A stretch of DNA of 64,000 bases from Phallusia mammillata (taxonomy: Eukaryota). The DNA lies in contig OZ281495.1 in assembly GCA_965637545.1 (NCBI GenBank), positions 13,516,001-13,580,000 of the forward strand, in the 5' to 3' direction. Every line of letters begins with the position of its first letter. The stretch's first letter is position 1. A program made the translations under genes and the position numbers. This document shows, piece by piece, positions 14,601 to 29,600 of the stretch. A model generated the notes under the pieces. The model saw only the letters and a list, made by a program, of their open reading frames with translations, was not told the DNA's origin and made no database searches.

Positions 14601-17600
14601 AATTTACGACCCGATACCTGCGATAAGCGAACGTGCCATTTCAGTAATCCTTGAAAGTGTATGCACAAGAATAAATGCTGTGATGGAAAAGATAGCTTCA
14701 CTATCTCATCCTGACCTGCAGGTGAACGTCGTGTTTTATGAAAGCAACTAAGGTCATGGTGAAGGTTATTTTAAAGCGTGCTGTGGCGGAAGAATCTTCT
14801 TGCTGTAAATGTGCCATGGCCCCGGTGCTTGAAAACGCCAACGCACAACTATTGTGGTTTACGTTTACGAAGTTGCTCAGACCTCGGGAAAAACAACCAG
14901 CTGAACTTGAATACGGCCTGACCATACGTAACATTCCGTAGATGGTTTAAAATACACCGCCATAAATGGTTGTGAATTTGGACCTACAGGCATTCGTGGA
15001 AAGTTTTCAAACACGACACGGCAGCAAAACTTTGCAAGCGTTTCGCAAACAAGAATTGGTGTTGAAAACCAACACACCATTGAGATTTTATTGTAAAAAC
15101 CCCAGAAACGCCTACACTGTACACACAGTAAATCATTTTTACAGCAACCATATACCCGTTCTGGTTAGGGCTTGTTCAAGTCGTTGCACCCGATGGCTTG
15201 TTCAAGTCGTTGCACCCGAACCACGGAATACAATGCAACATCTGTTCACTTCGGAAATAAACACGAAGTAGAAGGGGGCATTAAACGTTGTTGGCCTTAT
15301 CCAAAAATTTCGAGATTTACAGCTATTTATAGAACACTAGAGGTTTAAGACAAGTTGTGAAACAGCTGTTCCGTATAAACGCACTTGCGCACATTTGACG
15401 TACTAACTCTTTTCGCAACCAGGTGCTTCCCATCTTCAAAGAGCCTGAACTGACTTCTGTGTGAAGTCGGCGGTGTATGTGGGCACTCGACTCGTCGGCG
15501 GTCGTGGGTCGAGTGGGCGCAACGGTCGGGAGAATCTTCCAAAAAGGCGCCGAGGCCGGTTTACACACACAGATAGGGTAAAACAAGTAAGCCCTGTTTG
15601 TCGTGTGCTGACCGCCATCAATCTGTGTCCTTGTGGTGCTTTTGATTACAATCGGGAAGAGCGGTGGCGCCGGATATTTAGCTTAAGGACCGAGATTAAT
15701 GCCTGAATGACTCATGTGGGACTTAACCTTATTCGAATTTCCAAACAAATACCATAACATTATTCCTATGGATTGGTGTCAGGTGGAAAATGTACATATA
15801 AATGGTCCGTAGACACGATCTTTCAATAAAGGAAACAAGAAGGTAAAAAGGATCTCAAAACATTTTGTCATCTTTAACGAAATTCGGTCTTCTCACTGAA
15901 ACTCGAGGTCCTTTTTTGTGATTTTACAGCAGCTACATCTCTGGCATCTCTGGTTTGGGACTTTGACGCTTACGATCGCCGCTTTGTTTGCGCTTTCCCG
16001 TGGGTAAACACTACACCGGTCCACGACGAGTTTCAAGCATGATGGATCGCTTCTCGCCAGCGCTACGAGATCAAACAGTAGCTCCTGGACTTTGAGACAC
16101 AGTGGCATCTTTCCTTGTTTTCCGTACGTTTGTATCTGTGTAACTGATCTTATTTTGCTTGTAGGACATGACAGGAAGCACCAGTATGTGGACCAACGAT
16201 TAAGAGTTTACCATTAAGTCGTAAAACTCAACGTATCCTCATAAGGAGGTAAGAGACATTTTTGTGAGCCGAAAACAACTGCTGTTTATGGCTCATGTTG
16301 GTTTGTGTTTCAGATCATTTATAAACACATGGGTCGTCACGCAAGTGGGCCGTGTTTTAACAAACATTGCGTAGTTTAACAGTCGTTTTACGATGTTGTA
16401 GCTCGCGGTGACAAACAACCCAGAAAATGCGCAAGGGTGTAAAAGGGTTCAAGTGTCGGCTATTTTACATGAAATTTGGGCCAACTTAAACATGCCTAGC
16501 CCCAAAAAGCTAATAAACCTTACTTCTGATGATAAACTGTAACAATGCATGTCAGTGTGGTCATATATTGAGGAAGTGGTATCTTCCTGCTAAGGGTCTT
16601 GTTTTATCTCCAAGGTTCAACTACAACACAAAGCAAATTTGCCTCCCCCTGTCCAACAATCCTTCAGGATTTGCTCAAGAGCGTTTGGCAGCGATAAAGC
16701 GCAACCAACTGGCGTTGCCAAAACGATAAACTCCCCTCTTGAAACAAAGGTCCAACAAACCGGGCTGTCGGACGCGTCCGGAGAGCTCAAGATAAGCTGG
16801 ATCGACGGAAACGGACTCAATTTGTCACTCCGTCGTTCTTTGTCCCCGGTATCGGGGCTGGAAGCGGGAGGATCAGCGGGGATTCGACTACACAAGTGGG
16901 TATTAAACGACTGCCGGTCTGCGAGCCAATGTCAAGTGCAATTAGGGCGATAGCGGGATCCATGGGAACCACTCGTTGTGACTCCCTGCACTCCATACAG
17001 ACCGATATTGACTCGTGGCAAAACCGTTGGCGGCGCCACCCAGACAATGCATTTTTGCTTTTATATCTAAAGGTGGCCGCAAATCGGAAGCCTTTCAATG
17101 GACTGCGGGATTGGTTTGTGTTTAAAAGAAATATCCGCACTTGTGCTGGTTACACGAAACGATTTTAATTCAACCGCTAAGTTAAATTTCATTTTTCGTG
17201 TACAGGGTTGTTAAAGGACAAAAACTGAGTTTAAAATTGACATTAAAGTTGTAGACGTTGACAGAAATGAGGTTTTCGCCTTTGACAAAACTAGTGCATC
17301 ACACAAACAACTGCCACAGATTTGGAATATTCGCTAAAGCTTTACGTTACATAATCAAGTTAACGATACTTACCAATACTTCTAACGGTTCGTTGGTAGG
17401 TCCATCGCCGATCAGTGACTCTCCTTTGTCGCTATTGAACGGACGGTCATAGGTGAAGGTCGTGCCAGCAATAAGATACCTCTTGGATGGATCAGGTCGA
17501 CCCTGGTTCACTTCGGCGTTGACGTACATCGTTTTCCCGGGATTGGCTGAGCGCAGGGCTGAAAAATAAGTTGTAAGATCGGTTGGTGTTGATATTTCCA

Positions 17601-20600
17601 GTTGAGTTTTTTTAGTGCAAAGTGATAGCTAGGGCAGTGTTTTAAAATGAGTGAAAAACGTGCATTTTTGAGTATTTGGGAATTAGGCGAACGGAGAAAT
17701 GCCGATTTCCAAACGCACTGAGAATGGCCATTTTGTTTTCGTGATCATGTTTGCCCATAATAATCTTGTGCTGAGCGACGCAGCAAACAATACTGACATT
17801 TGGCTAGTTACACTCGCTAGGGCCGCAAAATATAACAAGACTAAAACTAAGTAATGTGTACATATTCATGTCGGCCTTCGTTCAGCACAAGAAAAACAAC
17901 GCTAAAACTTGAAACAGAAGTATACAAACGTTGAAGGAAATTAGTTTTTGCGGATTACGGGCGCGAGGGCTTCAAAGCTCATTTGGTTTAAGGTGCTTTT
18001 CGGTGACTTAACATCTTCTGAAGATTAACAGGGTCGCCGAGGTTTGAGAATATGATGGATGGACTTGTCGAAACATCAGTTAAAAACTCTGCCGAATCAG
18101 TTTGTTTTTGCGTTTGCTTTGTAAAATTGCGAACAAACGAAGCGTTATCAGGGAAACCTTCAAGACATTTAGTTGTAATAAAGTATTTTAAGAAATATTT
18201 TAAACGAGTAATGATATTAGGCAAAGACAATTTTTCGCACCCTATGCCTAAAGCAAAGTTTAGCAAGAAAACAAAGTAGCAGATTTTATTCAGCGAAAAA
18301 ACAAAAAACAAGTATTTTGTATTCCAGTAAAGTGATGACACAGAAGTAAATCTATGTGTATACCACTGTACACCGGTAAAATATATCATGTATCACTTGC
18401 AATGGGCAAATCCAATCATTGTTAAACGGGAGCCGTCTGAGGCCGCCACAAATACGGAAACCTACTTGTGGGGTGCCGCAGTAAGCTGAAGGTTAAAACG
18501 CCCATCAAAACCCACGAAATGATGATCAAGGCAACTAATGTGGTCCTGCGAGCAGTCAGGTGTGACAAAGCGCCCTGTTATTAACTGCTTGGGGCAACAA
18601 GCGTGCATAAGCTTCTATTATATTTAAAAAATCTGCTTAAAAAATGTAAATTGAACGCTTGTCTGTTTCCTGTCGGCAAGCGCTTAACGGTATTTGAAAG
18701 CAATACATTGATCCTTATTAGAGCTCTTTCAAGGCAAAAAGCAATTAGGATGGGCGGTCGATCGTACAAACTACAAGACAACCACAGAGAAAAGATATAA
18801 ATCTCCTGTGTAATTTACGCCGCTTCTCAACAGACCGGCGGCATTTTCCAGATTCTGCAACAGAAAGGGGAATGATTTGAAGCCAATGTTGGGAAATCGA
18901 CCACAAGGTCATTACCAGGGGTATTGTTTTTCAAATGGATGAGTGTTGGTATGACACACCACGATGGCATTCTGTTGTGGTTGGGGATTTGTCAGAGTAA
19001 TTTTCCAAATAGGAGCGATATTCTGTTTCACAGTGTTACGAATTTTATGTCTGTTTTCGCGTGGCTGTGGTTTAACGCACCTCATTAGTTTTGGTCAAGT
19101 TTTTGCAACCAAAACTTTTCAACTCGCCGTCTATATTTTGTTTGGTAATACGACTTTAAACAGCGTTCTAGTAAACAGGGGAAAGCGATCTGTGAAGTTC
19201 GACTTTTTGAACCACGAAACAATAGAGTTACATACAATTCCCTGGACTCAAATAACAAACAGCCCGACTGCCACTTGCAAAGAACTTTGCGGTTGACAGA
19301 ACGACGAATTGCCGTAACGCTTCTGTGTACTGAAGAGCCTGTGAAACAAGAGGCGTGAGTTCCAAGAAGCTGGGGTTGTGTGGTTTTGTGCCCCTTCAAT
19401 CCAAGTGAGTGAGAACCGATTGCTCGAGTATGGGCACAAACCGCGACATCGGCCCTCGATCGGGTTGTGACGGCCTGCGGTTGGAGTGATGGATGATTCC
19501 TGACTGGCTACCAACATTCCGGCTGTCGGAAAAGTGCATGTATGTGTACGTAAGCCTGTTTTGGCGGGATTTCGGTACCTGGTTTGCGTCTGTCGACGGA
19601 CACGCGTACGGCCTAATTGACGACCCGGTTTCTTGTCCGTCTTGGATGTGTGTTGATGTACAAGACATGGACTTGTGTGGATGTTGAACGTGATAAAAGG
19701 CACGTTAGGATGTTGTTTTCCTTCAGTGGATTAGCAATAATCACAGCGACCGGTAGTTGGAAAAACATAAGTGATTCATAGATATTGGTGTTTGTTTGAA
19801 AGGATGTTGACAAAATACTTGAGCTCATGCATTCCGTGAATAAGTAGACAAAAAGTCCTTTCAAATGCATTATTTGTTGTTTTTGAAAGTTGTTAATGTA
19901 GATAGTTGTTGACCATAGTTTTTTGATATTAAAAGTCAACTTGGATATATCTGAACCCACCCAGAGAACCAAGTGTGCATTGATGATGCTGGCAACAGTA
20001 AAACGTCTACAATAGTATGTATTGCGTCCATACAATTTTATTGGGAGTATTGTTTTTTAATGAGGAACCAATCAAAACTTTAATTCTGTTGGGAAAAAGT
20101 CCACTTTTAAAGAATCCAACTTTGCAACAAAATGTTTAAGTCAATCTGTGTAAAATTGGATACATTCCAGCAAATTGGCGAAAGCTCCAAGACACGGTTT
20201 TCCGGTGTGGCCTTAAGAAGTTTACCGATGAGCCGTGCAGTGTATGGGGTATGGCTCATTTACAGAGGTATCGTTGGTGCGCCAAAATTAGGGTGGGAGC
20301 ATCTAGGGAATCCGCCGTTAAGCCGATTACGCCTTTTCTGTCAGAATGTGTCAAGTGATTGGACCCCACATAAGATACCAGTTTTGGTGGCGTGGTTGAT
20401 TGCCCATAATTAAAATCATAAGTCCTACTTCTACATAATGTTAGTTAAAATAACACCTCCCTACACAGCAAAACGCACATATGTAATTCAATTTAAAAAC
20501 GCATTTAAACCTGTTACATTATATAACGTTACAAAATGACCTCAAATAAGTGGCTTGTATTTGCTATAAGCCCAAACAACTCCATGGTTTGCTATATTTG

Positions 20601-23600
20601 ACTTAAATAAGGGAACAACTGAAAGCACGGTCACGTTTGGGGCAGGCCGCACCTCTAACGAATCAACAGGTAGACACGTTTTTAAATTCACACAAAAGAC
20701 TAGGAAAACTTTGTGTGCTATTCGGAGAAGGAAGAACGTTTTTCGGTTAACCTAATTTGTGTTCAAAATTGCGTAGGCGGTCGGTAGTGTTGTTTAGCAT
20801 CAAATTTGCTAGGTACACACAACAAGAAAAGGATATGAACTGCTGCAGCGCGCAAAGAGAGCTAGGTTGTATATTCAACGAAGGCGCGGTGGCATTTGAT
20901 GGCTAGGCGATAAGTCGGGTTAATCCACGCTGCGTTTTACGGAATTGCGGACTTCTTTGAGGTGGAAATGTCAAAGTTCTTCATTCTCCGTAGGGAATAT
21001 GACTGCATTAGCGTTATCGTGTGCTGGTTTTGTTGCTGGACAAACGCAAAAGCTGATAAAAATCCGGATAGGAAGGTGAAGGCAACCACGCAAAGCCTAC
21101 TTAAACTAAAGAGGTCGAATACTCTTGGATCGAGTTAAATTCTTGTTTAGTTTCGGGTTTAGGAAACAAAACTTCAGATAAGAAAAAAAAACTACTTAAC
21201 AAGTGAGTAATGTGTTTGCACACTTAAAAGTTCAAAACCGCGAAAAGAACTACAATCATCCTCTTTAAACCCACTCAGTTGAAACAATTTACGTCGGAAT
21301 ATAGGAAACCTTTACCAAAAGTAAGAGCGATCGACTTTCAATTAAGAATGATCATTCGCAGCAACAGTCGCCTGTCAAAGCAACAGCATCCCTTTATGTC
21401 TCCTGAGATCGTTGTTAATCTCAAACACTCTCTGATCTCTCGGCAACAACAGCCAGCACGTACAACTAGCTCTAGAAGTATCCACTTTGGGCAAAAGTCC
21501 AAGACATCTCTCATCATTACAGAAGGCCACCGCTTGCCAGGGATTAGAGGAAGCACTCCATCTAAGCTTCCGCGCATTCAGCGACACGGAATTTCGACCC
21601 TCAAGGGTCCCGTTGTCAAGGCAACGTGAACACGTGATCGGGCTTTGGGTTAGTTAAGATGCGGTAATGAGTCAGGTTCGCAATTTGGGATTTGGAGAAT
21701 AAAAAAACACATTTTCTTAACGTGATATTTGTTTGTTTTTTTACATGTAACGTAACCTTAATTTTTTGTGGGTTTTACCAAAATATATTCGTAATTTTAC
21801 ATTGCAGTATTAAACGATTTAACGAAAATTATTTTTTTGCTGACATATTTTTTACGATTTAACTAAAATTATTTTTTGCTGGTAGTACCAAACCGAAGCT
21901 AAACATTTAGATACCTATTCAATTGAAATGTGATCAAAAATATGTGAATATTGTGGCATGTTTTTGTTGTTTATTACATCGCAAATTTTCTCTTACAAGT
22001 TTTTTGAATGTGATTTGTTGTATATTTTATTTGAAAAAGTGGTTTAAAAAATAACATGTCAAAACTTAAATGCCCCGACATTTTAACAGCTTTATTGCGC
22101 CAACAGATCTGCTCGGTTTGTTTGTCCCAACTAGGCTTGTATAGGTGCGACGCCGCAAACAGGTTATGGGTGTGGGTCCGGGTTCGGTCGAATGTTGAAA
22201 TCTTCTGTCACTTGTGGCAACCCTATTTTATAACAATTTATGGGACTTGGGATCACTTGCGAAGAAAAAAATCGCTGCAAGTTTGGATTAAGTTGTACCG
22301 CAGATTATCACGTTGTCAAATATGAGCCGGGGTATTATGTGGATGAGAGAGTCTGTTATTTAATGGAATTTCAGATTGTCTGTGTTTGTATATAATGGAA
22401 TTCCGATTTTGCGCATGAAACTTATGCGTTACTGGTAAAAGGTTGGGAATGTTCACTAAACGGACAGAACTTTGTTTTTCTAAGGCCTGTTAGAAACAAG
22501 AAACATGACATCATATGGAGTTTCCCTTGCGATTTTTACATTAAATCAATGTGTAAGATTTTATCTCCGTAAAACACGTACAAAAAAAACGCGAAAACGA
22601 CACAAAGTCACGAAAGAAATTGCTCAAAATTGGAAAAAGACGGCGCCAAGATTACAATTTACAAATTTAAGTATTGTGTTCGGAATTTGTCAATCGGTTT
22701 TGTGGTGCAACTGCTATAAACAAGCACAAGATTGATACTTTGTGGAGTTGCTACTCTATAATTTGACATCGCTGTAATCATCGACAATTTGCATTGTCCT
22801 TATACGACCGGACATTAAACTTGAGCGACACTTGAAGTAAATGTCGAAAACGTAAATATTCGTAAAACCCGAGGACTGTATTAGCATCTTCCACATATAT
22901 TTGTCATACAAGATTTTGCAAATTGAGAGCACAGGAACAATTTTAACACGTATCTAAAATATTATTACAAAACAAGCTCCAACTGAAATCTGTTTAAATT
23001 TGTATTCTTACCTAGATAACTTGGACTTCTCCCTTCCTCTGTAATGTGAATAAACTTTGCTCCAGCTGGAATCACTTTAACCAGATGAAAACCGTTGGTA
23101 GCAGGTTGGAAGCGATAATGTCCTGAAAATTTGCACAAAGACAATAATGAACAAATCACCACAAACTACAAAATACAATACCAAATGGTGCTAAACTATT
23201 GATTTAAAAATTTGTGGAATAAATGTAACCGCTCGCACATGAAAATGTATCCTTACCGTCACGGTAACTGCATGAAGCTCCTTTGCCCCCACATTCACCA
23301 CATTTGTCCACTTTCATTCCTGATGCGATTTGTCCATCACATCCCACAACCTAAAACAAAAATTGCTTTTAAACTGTGTTCAAAAGCCTAATTTAAAATT
23401 AGCGAGTTCTTTTTACTTAATTTAGACGACCTGCAAATAAAAAGTAAATTTTCACTGTGCAAATTTATATTTTGTTTTTTTATGAACTTGTTAAGGCAGT
23501 GGTTATCAACTGGTAGTCAATGGTTTTTTTGTGGTCTACAGGTTGTCCACTACATTTGATGATCAACTAAATAAGCGTTGGACATTCTCGTAATACATTT

Positions 23601-26600
23601 CAATTGCTTGTGGTCTGTATTACTTTATCCTTACTCAAAATGTAATGATGCAACGAAATGGCTGGAAATGGTTTAATTGAGTTGGTAGTCCATAACCGAA
23701 AACGAGTTGAGAACCAATGTATTAAGTGGTTAGGATAAAAGCATTTTCATTCTTTTCGAGTTTTGGCAAGCCCGCGGTATTCGCTAGAGATTTTAACACA
23801 TAAATCAAGCGAATTAACGAGACCACAGACTTAATGTCGGAACTGAATTCTCATCCGAAATCTTAGCACAAGTTTTCAAAACAAACTATAAGCTTGGTCG
23901 TTGGCACAGACCGTGCTGCGTTTAACAGCACACGGAAACCAATAAACGAATCGGTATATGTATATGCAAAAGGAGAAAATCCTGAATGCGGAACGTAATT
24001 GGAACCGCAATCGTACAACCGAAACCTTTTGTAAACTTTTAGTGTGTGTTTTGGCAGAGGCAAATGATAAATTTGACAATGAGCTTAAGGTTGAAATTGG
24101 AAATGCACTATTGGGTACTAAAGTGATGAAAACAAATTATCATGCCATCAAATGGCCCGTTCATCTGTTTTGACAACAAACTCGGTGGCATTTCAATTCG
24201 CGACAGTCGGTTGGCGTGGCTGATGCGGCCGACTGGAAAGTAAAAGGTTTTTTCCAAGAAAGATGATGCACAAACGAATGACCGTAACACACCATTGGAC
24301 CAATGTACCAAATACATGAGCAGATGTAACCTTGAAGACGAGACGCAACTATCTTTGACGTGAAATCGCGGAGACTTTAATTGGTTTAACCTTTTCAACA
24401 AATGCTAATAACGTTAACCTGTGAGTTATTTGCCGTGGCAGAAGAACACCAGAGAACCTATACACAAGCATCGGATACCTGCTTTTGGCAACAACACTTA
24501 ATTATTTGTCTTCCAAAAGTAATCGTTCACACGAAGTTGTTCTTCAGCAACGAAGAGAAACATTTCAATTTGGACGGGGATCACCGCAAATCAGGTTAAA
24601 AGATACTTCTCTGACGCATCAATTCCGATTTGGGTGACTCCTTCAGAAAACCGGGGCTACGGTGGCTTTGGAACTAATTGATTACAGCAAGCTTTGGGGA
24701 AAAACAACGACACTCGGTCATGGCAGTTTTGCACCAGGATAAACACCTGTAGCAAAAGAGGAAATAGCTTGGGTAATGAACCTGCTATCGCGTAATGGGT
24801 GGGATTTGAGACACGATATGCCCTGTAATGTATTCATATTATTACTCGCAACATAAGACCATCTATCTGCGGCTGAATTGCAAGTGTTTGAAACTGCTTA
24901 CGATGTCCCTCGTCAAGACCATCGAAAATTTATATTTGTTTTGGTGAGTTTGGCACAGGTTCTTGCTGTCTATTTACTTCTAATCTTCAAAAAAATGCGC
25001 GAAGAGTTAATTGCAAAGGTAATTTTTTAGGTAACATCTAAATATGTCCAGCGCAAACACAAAAGGTTTCCATTTCCCACAGATAAAATTCTGGTTTGAC
25101 TGGGCAAAAATTCCCTAACCACTGTGCTTTGTGTTAGCAGAAGAAGAACAAAAGGAAATAAAAGAGCAAAAAAACTGTGGAAACGGGTAACAATCGTCCA
25201 ACAAACGAACATAGTGTTTACTCTGCAAATTGCATTTAAACAAGGGCGTGTCCATATAGAATAACTCTGTCCCAATGTCAACTGGCTGGCGAAGCCGAAA
25301 GGAGGAACTTGGAGATATCTGTTTTGATGGAGTCCATTCGTCGCGCCGCTTTCCATCATTTATCCCTCTGACAACAATGGGGACACGCGCACAATAGGAT
25401 TAATGTCGACGGCGACGTTTACGGTCGTCGGCTATCGGTGGCTGATCTTGCATAAATATTGTCGAAGATAGAATGACGCCATTTTAGAACGACAAATGGC
25501 CTTTTATGGCACACGAAAAACAGGTAGAAAATTCGACTTTCGTGAAAATTCGGAAACCGTCAATTATAGTTGAACTTTATTTGTGAAGATCTTTGTGTGA
25601 GATTGTTTAGGTGATTGCGATGTTGAGAAAACAACCATATGTGGCACTTTTACATTGTAGTCTGCTTGACAATATAAAATGAGCTGTATAATGCCTCTTC
25701 TGTTTTACGAATTTTACAGTATTGATTCCAAGCAGGAAGAATACGCAATAACACAAGTCCAACAAGCGCTCTAAATAAACAAAACGGCACCTGTGCCTAC
25801 GAATGAACTTTATATTCTAACAAAAGACCGAAACCAGTTGGTTGAAACGAAGCATGCACGACTAAGACCGCGAAGGAACTAAAAATATATCAAATTTGGG
25901 TGTTGACATGTTGGCTACTGTCGTGCCCTGCCCGGGAAGTATTGACATTGTCAAGCGACCCTAAATGGCAAGGTCAAATCTTTGTGCTCCTATTTCGAAG
26001 GTTTGTCTTTCAGCGACTGTTTGGCGGGCCTCGGTCTGCTTTTGTTCCGGTCAAGGCTGAACCCAAACTCAAGAAACAGGCGTCACAGCGGGAAGTCGGA
26101 TTTTTGCGTGATTGTTTGGACGCTTTGTTGCCGTATTTCGCATTTGGTGACTCGGGTCTGCGGTGGTTTCATGGGAACACAACCGCTACTGTTCTACTAT
26201 CAAATTAGAAGTTTAGGAAATACGGGCAACTAATTTAAGCGTGCTATAAACAATTTCTCCCTTACTTGTATATATAGATTTCATGCAGTGTCAGCAAGGG
26301 TCGATTTGCTTCATATACGCTTGGTTTGCAGAGCGTGATATTTAAAAAATATCATCCCTGGCCGCCCAAAACACTAACTGCTTTTTTACATGAGGTATTT
26401 TTTCAACTACAACCTGTACCATCCACACAAATAAAATTTCGCACTTTTGATTGTTACGCAACGCTTGCATGGATGTCGCCTGTTCTCATTACCTCACATG
26501 GATTGTCCAAAACTTAGGTCTGTTGTACAAACTTTTCTTAAGGCCTGCTTCCTGAGTTAAATCATGACTACAATCACTTGTAAAGGTGCTTGCGCAATCG

Positions 26601-29600
26601 AAAACAAATCAACCAACTGAGAACAAGAATTCGTTTCCAATCGAGCAGTCGGGATTGATGAGGATGGACTTGACATCCAAGAGCAACAGCACAAGGCTAG
26701 ACGGTCATGCAAAGATCTTCCAGATAAGCCAGCTAATCCTCATAATTCTCGGTCAGTCGGCTCAACAACCAATATTGGCGTGTTGCAGGCTAATTAAGAG
26801 AGACGCATTGCCAGTCTGTGCGCAATTTTCTTCGACTGATGATCGAAGTTTCGATAGTGGCTGCACCTGAGAGTAAATTGAAGCTCAGAGGTGATGTTTG
26901 GAGCGTGTGAAAAATACATCAATAATGAGGTGTAAGAGACAAATCGCAAACAATTTTGTACAACGTCCATCATGACTTAAAAATGCACAAACACCATTTG
27001 ACGTTAATGTTTTGCAGGATTTTGGTTTCGAGGGACCTTTGTATTCGCATTGGAAAATTTAGTTGCCTCATTAGGTAATTTTAGTCTTAAACTCAGTGTG
27101 TTTAATTTTCAACGTTAAATACCTCTATCTCGAGATTAACAACAAAAATATAAACTTCAAGGTACAACTCTCCCACAATGTCTACACTTATTACGATTGG
27201 TTCATTTTTTTAAAGGTCAGGTATAGTCAGACATGATGTTGGGTAGTCAGTCAAACAGATTCCTTCCATCCTTTTGTTCAACTCTGATATAAGTAGGACC
27301 GATACTATCACCATCCATCTCTTTTGACCAGACAAATCGGAGAATAATTCCCTTTTTGCTTATCTCCGACCAGGTGCATCGCGACGCACATGACAAACAA
27401 ACGATTTGTTTGGGATCGGAAAAACGATGTCGGTTCTTTGATCACCGGCTTTCATATAATCCACCACACCTGTAGATAGTGCAAAGCCGGTTCGTGTGCA
27501 GTGGCAGGTTTGTTCCCACATGCATCAAGGACACTCAGTGTGTCATGCGCGATTTGTGTCACGAACTTAAGACGCAGACATTGACAGCCGTGAATTGGAG
27601 TAGTCTCTTCCGTATTTGGACCTGTACTTTCCACTTACAAAACGCATTGCGGTCAAATTCCAATGGTTGGCCAGAAGTGCAGCTGTACTAAATAGAATAT
27701 TTCGGGTTTTTAAGCTTAAATTCCGCTGGTTTTGAAGTTTACCCGCGTTTTTAGTCCAAATAAGTATTTTTTAAAGTACATTTCCGTTGTTTACCGAAAC
27801 AATTGTTGTCCGCAGACCATTTTTACAGTCGATTCGCTTTACGATAAAAGACTGGTAAACCCGAAAATTTAACGAGTTGCACCAAAATTGCTTTGAACTG
27901 CAGCAGGTACATGCTTGGATGAACCCACACAGGCAGAGCGTTTGAGGAACGAAACTGGCCTAATTTTGTTTCAAATATGGGTCGACATTTTTGCGGCGTT
28001 GTCGCGGACTTTGAGGCTTTCCTGTGGCATCAAAAATGTTATGCTAGATATCTCAATAGCATATTCCCGCCAGCCTGCTGGAACGCTTCTGAAATCATGC
28101 TTTTCGAAACGGAACGCTGCGCTTCCACGAATGTACTTTTCTCTAGAAAACTTGTTTTGGGGCAAGCATCTCCTAATGTTGGTAATTTTTCATTGCTATA
28201 ATAACTTACAGCACTTAAAATTCCGGACGTATGTTCAAGCAAAAGTCACATTAGGTCATCGGTTAGCTGAAAGTTTAACTAAAACAGAGATGAAACTCAT
28301 CAAAAGGCCTTATCCGAATTTGCATTATTTTCCCTTTTTTAAATTATCCGTCCAAATCAACCGCTTCTTGTGCAGAAATATTGATAAAATTTTGACTTCT
28401 AAATATATATATAAAAAACATACAGTGCAATTTTCACACTATCTTTGATCTTTACAGACCACCACCGACGAATGTTTGTAACTTATGCGGGTCACCGAGC
28501 GAAACATAATTTGTGCAGTTGACCCTGATAGGCAGTACTCCTAAGTGATGTTTTTGAAAACCGCCTATGTGCAATGCTCACATATTGTGTGTATGGTCTG
28601 ACACATGACAGATTAAATGAAGCATTGTTGCCACTACCACAAGGTTCAAGTTCGTAACCCCACCGACAGCTTTAAATTGAAGTCGTGGGTGCAAATAAGC
28701 CAATGATCACTAAAAATAGCGCCCTAGTTGGCAAAATGTCCTTGCATACGTGATCTGCAATCCTCTACTTTAAGCTTTCAAACACCATTGCGCAACTTGC
28801 CGAAAGCAATTTAAGCTTCCCACGCTTCCTGGCTTTGAAAATAATATGTATTTTTGCTTGCGACATCACACAACAAAGGAGAAGATCCTAAATGAACTAA
28901 GGCGACCCCTAGAAACCCGGATGTTTTCTGCTCTCAAAAGCTTCCTCTCAGCTTGTATAAGCAAACAGCAAAAACGTGCAAGTTTAGGGCAACACTTTTC
29001 CACGCGATAAACAGAGAAATCAGGAGCTTTGTCACGTAGAGTTTTAAGGAACTGCGTCAAAAAACTATGACGTAAGACCGGTGGCGAGACAGGCTTCGAG
29101 AAAAACTGTAAACTTTGATCTTAGCCCGACTGTGGCAATATTGAAAGCCCACGCAAAAAAAGATCTGCACGATTTGACACGACAAGTTCAGGTGGTGACG
29201 AGAAGTGTACACGAGAAGTAAAGGTTTCACATAAAAGGTCATTCATGTAGTGACAAGAGGCAGTTTATTCGTTGGCGGATAAAGGGTTTAATTGTTTCCT
29301 GATTTCGTACCTAATTTTTGGCAACAGTCATGACACTTGAAATACTCCACACCTACCCGACCATGCCATTGTGATACATGGCAGGTCATGCCGTTCTTGG
29401 CGTGAAAGCCCTTACCGGCAGAGCAATGGGCTTCGACGTTCAAGTGCGTCGTCCCAAAACGCCGGGACTTGATTGATTTTATTGAAACCGGAGTGGAACT
29501 ATTCACCACGTGTGCTTTGTTGAAAATGCGACAAAGTGCCTATCAGAGCCCAGGAGTGTAGAGGATCCGTCCTGGGTCAAGGGCTCGATAGGACGATTGA

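Noticed and set aside
16639-16953. ORF containing AGIRLHKW, reminiscent of BEL/Pao RT
   Set aside because: No YVDD or other RT motifs and no LTRs; a single short motif is not enough.
19248-19703. 151-aa minus-strand ORF in intron 7
   Set aside because: No recognisable domain and no fitting splice sites; neighbouring frames are similarly open or closed, as in random sequence.
27915-28448. 177-aa plus-strand ORF
   Set aside because: Non-canonical start, no motif and no supporting exon structure.
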